A stretch of DNA of 64,000 nt from an uncultured Candidatus Saccharibacteria bacterium. Its GTDB lineage: Bacteria; Patescibacteriota; Minisyncoccia; Sungbacterales; HO2-52-23. This document shows, one piece after another, positions 56,744-64,000 of the stretch; position 1 is the stretch's first letter, and each line of letters opens with the position of its first letter. The translations under genes and the position numbers were made by a program. Where the stretch lies: the NCBI GenBank assembly GCA_964585475.1, contig CAZPDF010000003.1, positions 7,983-71,982 on the forward strand. Direction: 5' to 3'. The notes beneath the pieces were generated by a model. The model saw only the letters and a list, made by a program, of their open reading frames with translations, was not told where the DNA came from and ran no database searches.

Positions 56744-58213
56744 ATGGCCCAAAAAACTTCTATTCCAGATGCAGTTAAAGAGGTGGTTGAAAAACTGCAA
56801 AATGCCGGATTTGAGGCCTATATTGTCGGTGGCTGCGTACGGGATTTGCTGCGTGGAGAAAAACCCAAGGACTGGGATGTCACGACTTCGGCGCATCCGG
56901 AGGAGATTATAAAAATCTTTCCGGAGAGTTTTTATGAGAATAAGTTTTTGACGGTAACGGTAAAGACGGGGTCGGAGGACCAGACGCTTCGCGAAATCGA
57001 AATAACGACGTTTCGCGCCGAGGGGAAATATACGGACAAACGACACCCGGACGAGATAAGATTTGCCAAAACGCTCGAGGAGGATTTGTCCCGCCGTGAT
57101 TTTACGATTAACGCAATGGCGATGGATGCGGAGGACAATTCAACCGACCCTTTTGAAGGACAAGCGGATTTGAAGAAAAAAATTGTCCGCGCGGTAGGAG
57201 AGCCGGAGAAACGTTTTGATGAAGATGCCCTGCGGATGATGCGGGGTGTGCGCCTCGCGACCGAATTAAATTTTACTATAGAGGAAGAGACGGAGCGCGC
57301 GATTAAGAAATTGGCCGGCAACCTTCAATTTATCGCCAAAGAGCGAATCCGCGACGAGCTAGTTAAAATTATCGGAACTCCCCACGCGCGGGAAGGTATT
57401 GAGCTGCTCCACGAACTCGGACTCCTCAAATTTATAATTCCCGAACTTGAAGAAGGAATCGGAGTTGAGAATCGTCCAAGGGTTTTTACCATTTGGGAGC
57501 ACAACTTAAAAGCGTTGGAATACGGGGCAAAGACCAAATTCCCGCTTGATGTTAAGATCGCGGCCATGCTCCATGATGCTGGGAAGCCCCGCACCAAAGG
57601 CCCCATGAAAAATAACGAGTGGACTTTTTATGGGCACGATGTTGTGGGAAGCCGAATGGCGGCAGCCCTTCTCTTGCGGCTGCATTTTCCGCGGGAAACC
57701 GTAGAAAAAATATCAACGCTCATTCGCTGGCACCTTTTCAAGTACGACCCCGATGAGGGCATTACCGATTCTTCGATCCGCCGCCTGATCCGCAGAGTCG
57801 CGCCGGAAAATATGGATGATCTGGTCAAGCTTCGTATCTGCGACCGCATGGGCATGGGGGTTCCCAAGGCCGTTCCCTACCGACTGCGACACTTCCAATT
57901 CCGGGTTGAGAAAATTTTGCGGGAAGAAGAGACGCCGACACCAAAAATGCTCAAAGTGAACGGCGACGATATTATGAAAACTTTGGGAATCGAGCCGGGA
58001 CCGAAAGTCGGACATGTTCTTGAGGTGTTGCTACAAGAAGTAATTGATGAGCCCGTAAAGAATAGCCGTGAAAGTTTAGAATCGAGAATCAAGAATTTGG
58101 GGAAGCTCGAGGATAAGGAGCTCGTGAAGCTTGCCGAAGATGCCGAATCGAAAGTGGAAATGGTAGAAGATGAGCGAGTTTCGAAAATAAAGCAAAAGTA
58201 TTGGGTTAAATGA
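56744..58213 (+). CDS. cca: CCA-adding tRNA nucleotidyltransferase with HD domain
   Basis: AYIVGGCVRDLLRGEKPKDWDV Pol-beta nucleotidyltransferase motif and a downstream HD domain (MLHDAGK). Confidence 0.8.
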   Translation: MAQKTSIPDAVKEVVEKLQNAGFEAYIVGGCVRDLLRGEKPKDWDVTTSAHPEEIIKIFPESFYENKFLTVTVKTGSEDQTLREIEITTFRAEGKYTDKRHPDEIRFAKTLEEDLSRRDFTINAMAMDAEDNSTDPFEGQADLKKKIVRAVGEPEKRFDEDALRMMRGVRLATELNFTIEEETERAIKKLAGNLQFIAKERIRDELVKIIGTPHAREGIELLHELGLLKFIIPELEEGIGVENRPRVFTIWEHNLKALEYGAKTKFPLDVKIAAMLHDAGKPRTKGPMKNNEWTFYGHDVVGSRMAAALLLRLHFPRETVEKISTLIRWHLFKYDPDEGITDSSIRRLIRRVAPENMDDLVKLRICDRMGMGVPKAVPYRLRHFQFRVEKILREEETPTPKMLKVNGDDIMKTLGIEPGPKVGHVLEVLLQEVIDEPVKNSRESLESRIKNLGKLEDKELVKLAEDAESKVEMVEDERVSKIKQKYWVK

Positions 58214-58280
58214 AGCTCCACGGGCAAGCCCGTGGTCTTCTGGCGCGTGGATAAAAAAAGCACCCGCTGGGGGTGCTACG

Positions 58281-59390
58281 TTACCATTTAATATTTAGCA
58301 AAGTCTCTTTTACGGCGTTAATAAACGGATCAAGCGCGTATTTCGTGCTATCAAAGTGCGCAATACGGATGACTTCGTCACGTGTTTCTCCCAGACCAGG
58401 CGCAATCTTATAACCTTTCTCTTCCAGTCGGTCAACCAGATCTGTAGCCCTCCATCCGGGGGGCACACGAAGCACGCTCAATCCTTCAACTGGTGTCGAG
58501 CGGGGGAACTCGCGGAACCCAAGTTTCAGAAGTTCATGACGGAAATACCGGCTGCGATTCTCATGCTCTATATACCATTGCTCCTCCCGCTGTAATACGT
58601 GGGCGAGAATCGCCTGCATTCCCATGATGAGATCTACGGGCGGAGTGAAGCGAATGGAGTTTTTTCTCACAAATCGCAGTTCGTCTCGTATGTCAAGGAA
58701 ATATTCCGGATAGGCAAGCTCCTCGTATTTAAGCACTTCCATGGCCCGAGGCCCAATTAAGATAAAAGAAAGCCCCGGCGGCAGCAGAAACGCCTTTTGG
58801 CTTGCGCCAATAAGAATATCTATTCCCTGCTGCTCCATCTTGATCGGATAAAGACCTCCAGCCAGCACCGCATCCACCGCCAAAAGCGTTTTCGGGGAGA
58901 ACTGCGCTAGTACCCCTTTCATGTGGTGGCAGCCGTTCACGACACCCGTTGATGTTTCGGCGGCCTGCATGAGGAGAAGTTTGGGTTGATAGGTCTTCAG
59001 CGATTGCGCGAGCACCGTAAAATAATACGTCTCTCCCCACGTACTCTTACACTCATGAACGGTGGCCTTGTAGCGTTTCGCAATATCGTACCAGCGATCA
59101 GCAAAAAACCCCGTATTGGCAATAAGAACTGGTTCATCGGGCCTGATGAAGTTTAAGATCGCTGCTTGCATCATGCTCGTGCCGGATCCCGGAAAAAGAA
59201 GCGCTTCGGTACGCGGTGCGCCAAATAGCTCCCGCAATTTTTCCCTAAGATCCGTCATTACATGCGCGAACTCTTGGCCGCGATGATACAGTGAGTGGGA
59301 CTGCATTATGTTATAAAGCCACGCTGGAGTTTCGGTGGGTCCGGGAGTCAAGCGTATTTTTCTCAAAGAGCACCTCCTTGCTGGTTGCAT
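58281..59390 (-). CDS. class V PLP-dependent aminotransferase (AGT/SPT-like)
   Basis: LTPGPTE N-terminal motif and PLP-lysine context GASQKAF. Confidence 0.65.
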   Translation of the reverse strand: MQPARRCSLRKIRLTPGPTETPAWLYNIMQSHSLYHRGQEFAHVMTDLREKLRELFGAPRTEALLFPGSGTSMMQAAILNFIRPDEPVLIANTGFFADRWYDIAKRYKATVHECKSTWGETYYFTVLAQSLKTYQPKLLLMQAAETSTGVVNGCHHMKGVLAQFSPKTLLAVDAVLAGGLYPIKMEQQGIDILIGASQKAFLLPPGLSFILIGPRAMEVLKYEELAYPEYFLDIRDELRFVRKNSIRFTPPVDLIMGMQAILAHVLQREEQWYIEHENRSRYFRHELLKLGFREFPRSTPVEGLSVLRVPPGWRATDLVDRLEEKGYKIAPGLGETRDEVIRIAHFDSTKYALDPFINAVKETLLNIKW

Positions 59391-59452
59391 CTTAAGCTAG
59401 TATATATAATAGTATTTGCGAGTCAATTGTTGCGAGAGATCAGTCTTTATGC

Positions 59453-59485
59453 GGGCCGTAGTATAGTGGTAGTACGCGGGGCTCT
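59453..59485 (+). pseudogene. truncated tRNA-Pro-like 5' fragment
   Basis: CGGGCCGTAGTATAGTGGTAGTACGCGGGG parallels the 5' half of the adjacent tRNA-Pro, but the anticodon loop is collapsed to 4 nt and there is no T-arm. Confidence 0.3.
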
Positions 59486-59500
59486 CCCCGTTAGAAATAT

Positions 59501-59571
59501 CGGGCCATAGTGTAGCGGTAGCACGAGTCCTTCGGGAGGATTTAGCCCCGGTTCGAATCCGGGTGGCCCGA
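59501..59571 (+). tRNA. tRNA-Pro (anticodon CGG)
   Basis: CGGGCCA/TGGCCCG acceptor, AGTCC-TTCGGGA-GGATT anticodon arm with G37, CCCGG-TTCGAAT-CCGGG T-arm. Flanked by perfect 13-bp inverted repeats TCCCCGTTAGAAAT / ATTTCTAACGGGG. Confidence 0.75.
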
Positions 59572-59729
59572 GGAAAAATTTCTAACGGGGCAAGGGACTC
59601 CGTAGACTGGGGCGAAAAGATCGATGATCTTTTCGCGGGCCGACCACCAAGTTAAGTGAGCTTTGCGAGCGTTTTATGAAGGTCGGCCCGGGAATTTGCG
59701 AGGAGCAAATTGATTCCCAGCGGCCCGAA

Positions 59730-60344
59730 ATGGAAAATAAAAATATGCAGGCCATAGCAGATTTTGTTTATGAGAGTGGAATTTTGAGCAAAACCCCGCG
59801 CTCCGGTTTATGGTTTTTGGGAACAGGCAGTCAGAGTGTGGCCGAGCATACGCTCCGAACTGCTTTTATCGGTTTTGCGCTTTCTTTTCTGACCCCGAAA
59901 GCAAATAGGGACAAGGTGATTGTTATGTGCCTAATGCATGACCTTGGTGAGGGACGAACCTCCGATCTTAACTACGTTCATCAAAAATATGGCCGTCTGG
60001 CCGAAGCGCAGGCCATTGCCGACATAGCAAAAAGCGTTCCTTTTGGAAGCGGCATCAAGAAAATATATGAAGAAGTGGAAGAGAAAAAGACCATCGAGGC
60101 CAGGTTGGTAAAAGACGCTGATCAGCTTGAGTGGCTCGCAACGCTTCGCGAGGAAGAGACTAAAGGGAACACTAAGGCGCGCGTGTGGGCAAAAATTGCC
60201 CAGAAGCGCCTAAAAACTTCGGCCGGGAAGAGACTCGGGAAAGCGCTTTTGGCACTCCACCCGGACCACTGGTGGTTTGATGAAAAGGATAGATGGTTTG
60301 TAGACCGCAAGGTCGTAGATAAAAAGTGGAAAAGAAGAAAATAA
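59730..60344 (+). CDS. HD-domain phosphohydrolase (YfbR-like)
   Basis: H...HD motif (VAEHTLRTA ... LMHDLGE). Confidence 0.6.
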   Translation: MENKNMQAIADFVYESGILSKTPRSGLWFLGTGSQSVAEHTLRTAFIGFALSFLTPKANRDKVIVMCLMHDLGEGRTSDLNYVHQKYGRLAEAQAIADIAKSVPFGSGIKKIYEEVEEKKTIEARLVKDADQLEWLATLREEETKGNTKARVWAKIAQKRLKTSAGKRLGKALLALHPDHWWFDEKDRWFVDRKVVDKKWKRRK

Positions 60345-60347
60345 TAA

Positions 60348-60418
60348 GGGCCTATAGGTAAGTGGTATACCGGGTCATTCGCATTGACCAGTCGCCAGTT
60401 CGATTCTGGCTAGGTCCA
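60348..60418 (+). tRNA. tRNA-Ala (anticodon CGC)
   Basis: GGGCCTA/TAGGTCC acceptor with the G3:U70 tRNA-Ala identity pair, GGTCA-TTCGCAT-TGACC anticodon arm, GCCAG-TTCGATT-CTGGC T-arm. Confidence 0.8.
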
Positions 60419-60551
60419 AGGAACCTCCACGCAGCTTGCTGCGCAGAGCTAAAAAATGCAGAAAATAGTATTCTATTAAAATTATCCAGGAGCCATTAAA
60501 TCAAAAAACGGCCCCCGAAGAGCCGCTTTCTTGTTTTAATCTCCCGTTTAA

Positions 60552-60932
60552 CTATAAACCGTATTTCTTGGCTTCGTCTGGGTATTTATGAGTAAAGTCT
60601 CCTTTAGTTAAACCAAGGACTTGCTCCAGCGCTTTTCCTCCACCGATATTTTGACTAGGCTTAGTATTGGGTCGTCCTCCATCTTTTCGGATAAGATATC
60701 CTTCCTTGTCTAATTCGCCCGTAAACTCTCTTTCAAAATACTCCCTATCTTGTGTTTTCAGAAACTCTAGTGACCTTTCCTCAAGCATTTCTTGATACCT
60801 TGCATCACTATCTATATTTTCATATGAAAATTCAATTTTCCTCCGGCCTGTCCCACCAGCCTCCAAGTTAGAAGTTGGGCCGCCATCAACATTTTCCTCT
60901 TGTATGGGCGGAAGCCCCTCAAATCTTGGCAT
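60552..60932 (-). CDS. hypothetical protein in a lower-GC patch downstream of tRNA-Ala
   Basis: Intact ORF with no recognisable domain. Local composition is more AT-rich than the neighbouring genes. Confidence 0.35.
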   Translation of the reverse strand: MPRFEGLPPIQEENVDGGPTSNLEAGGTGRRKIEFSYENIDSDARYQEMLEERSLEFLKTQDREYFEREFTGELDKEGYLIRKDGGRPNTKPSQNIGGGKALEQVLGLTKGDFTHKYPDEAKKYGL

Positions 60933-61097
60933 AGTGTAAACTTAGCTTGTATTTATATTTTGTGCAAGCGTCCGAAAACCCCAAACCGAGCCCTGGAAAA
61001 TAATTCAAAAAGTTATAATGTCATTTCATAGTGCTCGGCCCTGAAATGAGACACGCCGTCAATACGAAAATCAACCCACACCAGTTTCAGTTTTTGA

Positions 61098-61670
61098 TTA
61101 GGTTACTTTCACTTTCAATTTCTGCACTACCCCACGTTTTTTCTTTGGCAGGCGGATGGTGAGAAGTCCGTGTTTTAGCGTGGCCTCGGCCTCCTCCTCA
61201 TCAATTTCTTCCGGCAAAATCACGGATCGAGAAAAAGTTCCCCAGAAGAGCTCTTTATAATAATAGTTTTTGTCGTTAACCTCCTCAAGGCGCTCTCGTC
61301 TGCCACGTATGGTCACCGTATCGCTCGTAATCGAAATATCAAGATTCTCCGGCGTAACACCCGCAACAGTTGACTGGATGACGATGGTGTCCCCCTTGTC
61401 GTAGATATCTACCGTGAGTTCCCCCTCCTCCTCAAGCGGCTCTTCTTCTTTCGAGATGGCCTCCGCTTCTTCCGCCTCCACTTTAAGGTGCATGGTTTTT
61501 GGCTCCGCCGCCGGAGGAGAAATTTTGGGGCGCTCCGCCAAGGACGAGGCTCGCCCCGGTGGGCGGCCGGGCCGGCGCGGGGTTTCTGACGCGATCACCA
61601 CGGGGTTTTCCTCTCGGTCTAAAGCACTCGGCACGGAGGACTTCGTAAGTTTTTCAAAAAATGTGGACAT
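61098..61670 (-). CDS. Hsp20/alpha-crystallin family small heat shock protein with a long disordered N-terminal extension
   Basis: Alpha-crystallin domain (LTVDIYDKGDTIVIQSTVAGV ... FSRSVILPEEID ... LKHGLLTIRLPK). Confidence 0.75.
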   Translation of the reverse strand: MSTFFEKLTKSSVPSALDREENPVVIASETPRRPGRPPGRASSLAERPKISPPAAEPKTMHLKVEAEEAEAISKEEEPLEEEGELTVDIYDKGDTIVIQSTVAGVTPENLDISITSDTVTIRGRRERLEEVNDKNYYYKELFWGTFSRSVILPEEIDEEEAEATLKHGLLTIRLPKKKRGVVQKLKVKVT

Positions 61671-61676
61671 GTAACG

Positions 61677-62450
61677 TTATACGTGCGGTATTTCCGCCTT
61701 CGAGCGTTTCAGACGCTCGAAGTCAATGAACACCATCACGGCCATTACGGCAAGAAGCAAAATGATATAAAACGGTCCCTCGGTGAGAACCTCTCTTTTA
61801 AGAATAAGGTAATTGAAAAATGTGTGCAACAGCGCGGCCATGGTTATCCCCAGGGCCAGGAAGTGGCGGCGGTGCGGGTGGAACCAGGCGCGAGCCAGAA
61901 AGAACCCCACAATTCCCGAAGAGAGGGCGTGAAGCAGGTTTGCTCCAAGAAACCGGTTGGTTGCGACATCCAAACTTGCCCAAAGAGTATCCGGAGCAAG
62001 CGGTAGGGCCAAAATTGCATTCTCGGCCATTTGGTAGAAAAACTGAAAGGAGAAAAGAGCGTTTTCTAACGAAGCAAAGCCGAGGGCGGCCGTCATCATG
62101 TAGACCATGGCATCCACGGGTTCATCAAAGTCCCTTCTATTTAGAATGAGGAATTTTACGGGCAGATATTTTACATACTCTTCAATAAAAGCAATTCCTA
62201 AAAAAAGAAGCCGCGGATCAACCATGGGCGGAGATCCTCCTCCGCAACTCCCGGATACGATAAAAATCCAGGCGCATTCTGCCGCAAGAGCAAGTACGGC
62301 CGACACCACTCCTCCGATGAAGGCCAGGATAAGCATCAATTTCGGCTCGGGATGCCTGTCTTCGCGTAAATAAAAAAGGAGCCAGAGAAGTGGCGGAAGA
62401 AACGTGAGAAGGAGATAGCTTACATTTGATTGGATGAGAGCGGCAGTCAT
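61677..62450 (-). CDS. PrsW-family intramembrane metalloprotease
   Basis: Multi-pass membrane protein with the EExxK motif (IEEYVKYLP) and HxxxN (HTFFNYL). Confidence 0.65.
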   Translation of the reverse strand: MTAALIQSNVSYLLLTFLPPLLWLLFYLREDRHPEPKLMLILAFIGGVVSAVLALAAECAWIFIVSGSCGGGSPPMVDPRLLFLGIAFIEEYVKYLPVKFLILNRRDFDEPVDAMVYMMTAALGFASLENALFSFQFFYQMAENAILALPLAPDTLWASLDVATNRFLGANLLHALSSGIVGFFLARAWFHPHRRHFLALGITMAALLHTFFNYLILKREVLTEGPFYIILLLAVMAVMVFIDFERLKRSKAEIPHV

Positions 62451-62510
62451 ATTCGCTTGCGCTCAAATTAAAAATTGAAAATGCAAAATGAAAAATTTTT
62501 GAGTTAGAAT

Positions 62511-64000
62511 CTAAAACGGCCACTTCTCCACCAGTAGAAGTTGTTTATTTTCTATCGGGAGGTGGGCCCAAATCTCCTCGGTTATAAACGGAAGGAAGGG
62601 ATGAAGAAGCTTGAGCGACTCGGCAAGAACGTATAGAAGAATTTGCTGAGTCGACCCTTGGCTTTTGACATCCGACATTTGACCTTTTGATGCCTCAAGG
62701 TATTTATCGCAAAATTCATGCCAGAAAAAGTCATAGAGCGTATGCAGCGCCGGCCCGAAGTCATATTTTTCAATCCTCGTATTTATTTCTTTCTTGGTTT
62801 TTTCGAGCGCCGTCAGAATTTTTCTGTCGGCGGCCGTTTTTGGTTTAGTTGGTAGTTGGTAGTTGGTAGTTGGTAGTTGCGTAAGCACAAACCGGCCGGC
62901 ATTCCAGATTTTGTTGCAGAACTTTTTACCGGCGACGACGTGCTCTTCCGACCAGTGGATATCCTGACTCCTCATCGTCTGCCAGATAAGGCCGAAGCGG
63001 GTGGCATCGGCCCCGTAGCGCGAGATTAAATCCAGCGGGTCTATGCCCGTGCCGAGTGATTTTGACATACGCCTGCCTTCTTTGGTGAGAATGGTCGCGT
63101 GGATAATTACATCTTTGAAAGGGGCCCGCCCAACGAATTCAAGGCCTGAAAATATCATCCGTGCAACCCATAAATTAATTATACCACGGTCGGTTGAGAG
63201 CACCGAGGTTGGATAGAACGTTTCAAAATCTGTTTTTTGGGGTCTACCCGCCGAAACTTTAGCGGAGGCGGGCCACCCGAGAGCGGCCAACGGCCAGAGG
63301 GCGGAGGAAAACCATGTGTCCAGGACATCTTCCACTCCCTCAATCGGAATTTTATGGCCCCACCAGATTTGGCGTGAGACGCACCAATCCTTTACGTTTT
63401 TCAGCCAGTCAAAATAGACATTTTCCCAACGCGTGGGATGGAAACGGACCTTTCCGGATTTCACGGCCTCCATCGCCATTTTGGCAAGCTCGTCCATTTT
63501 GAGGAACCATTGTTTTGAGAGGAGCGGTTCAATCACGGCCCCGCAGCGATAGCAGATGGAGAGATTATGCATATAGTCCTCAGTCCGTTCCATGAGGCCG
63601 AGCTCTGTGAGGTCTTTTGTGATCTGCTCCCGCGCCTCTGCGACTTTGAGTCCCTCGTAGCGCTCGCCGGCTTCCGCGGACATCCTGCCCTTCTCGCCGA
63701 TTACTTTTAAAATCGGAATTTCGGGATGCCTCTGATAAATTTCAAAGTCGGTTTCATCGTGCGCCGGAGTTACTTTAATGATGCCCGTGCCAAACTCGGG
63801 ATCCGCGGCCTTATCGGCAATCACCTTGATTTTAATATCCTTGAGTTTTGGCGGCTGATCCCGCGGTATGGAGTTGTCTACGGACTGGATGACTATTTCT
63901 TTCCCTGCATATTTTTTGTACCGCTCGTCTTTGGGGTTTACGGCCAGAGCCGTATCGCCGAGCTTAGTTTCCGGGCGCGCGGTTCCTACGGTGAGCGGCC
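62511..64000 (-). CDS. valS: valyl-tRNA synthetase, 3' portion (gene continues beyond the window)
   Basis: KMSKS-type motif RMSKSLGTG, tRNA-binding arm and anticodon-binding domain. An internal LPTTNYQLPTTNYQLPT tract is encoded by GGTAGTT heptamer repeats at 62841-62880. Confidence 0.9.
   Translation of the reverse strand, partial: PLTVGTARPETKLGDTALAVNPKDERYKKYAGKEIVIQSVDNSIPRDQPPKLKDIKIKVIADKAADPEFGTGIIKVTPAHDETDFEIYQRHPEIPILKVIGEKGRMSAEAGERYEGLKVAEAREQITKDLTELGLMERTEDYMHNLSICYRCGAVIEPLLSKQWFLKMDELAKMAMEAVKSGKVRFHPTRWENVYFDWLKNVKDWCVSRQIWWGHKIPIEGVEDVLDTWFSSALWPLAALGWPASAKVSAGRPQKTDFETFYPTSVLSTDRGIINLWVARMIFSGLEFVGRAPFKDVIIHATILTKEGRRMSKSLGTGIDPLDLISRYGADATRFGLIWQTMRSQDIHWSEEHVVAGKKFCNKIWNAGRFVLTQLPTTNYQLPTKPKTAADRKILTALEKTKKEINTRIEKYDFGPALHTLYDFFWHEFCDKYLEASKGQMSDVKSQGSTQQILLYVLAESLKLLHPFLPFITEEIWAHLPIENKQLLLVEKWPF

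Noticed and set aside
1-64000. CRISPR array
   Set aside because: No regularly spaced direct repeats with unique spacers. All tandem repeats seen have 6-8 bp units or are palindromic elements.

Overview
This looks like a chromosomal segment from a bacterium with a compact, densely packed genome (CPR/Patescibacteria-like is only an inference from gene content and gene size). It spans the replication origin neighbourhood: dnaN and dnaA on the minus strand, a candidate oriC, then rpmH-rnpA-yidD-yidC-jag on the plus strand. Housekeeping genes fill most of the window: Holliday-junction resolution (ruvA, ruvB, ruvC, yebC); DNA repair and replication (uvrB, fpg, polA, pcrA/uvrD, holA, dnaN); cell wall (murE, a FemAB-family enzyme, a class A penicillin-binding protein, a LysM-M23 peptidase); tyrS, a 3'-partial valS, pnp, rpsO, rpsT, cca, tsaE and comM/yifB. 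Three tRNAs fold convincingly (Arg-TCG, Pro-CGG, Ala-CGC); the first sits in a cluster of degenerate tRNA-like units. The accessory content is a roughly 13 kb type IV secretion-like cluster (about 30.9-44.1 kb), encoding a VirB2-like pilin, a VirB4 ATPase that appears split in two, a VirB6-like channel protein and several secreted proteins of unknown function. The most unusual signals are several repeat families. (1) A 63-140 bp palindromic element with GTCATCCTGAGCG-type inverted termini, analogous to Rickettsia palindromic elements, sits in-frame inside murE and ksgA, interrupts virB4 and lies in four intergenic sites. (2) Tandem 7-bp repeats with an AACT core lie in-frame in murE, valS, pcrA and the femX tail. 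(3) A MITE-like element with about 20-bp inverted termini is present in two copies. (4) Palindromic elements built on CACGAAT occur at four intergenic sites. (5) Perfect 13-bp CCCCGTTAGAA inverted repeats bracket the tRNA-Pro gene and a two-hairpin structure upstream of pcrA. No CRISPR array, rRNA gene or obvious transposase/integrase gene was seen.
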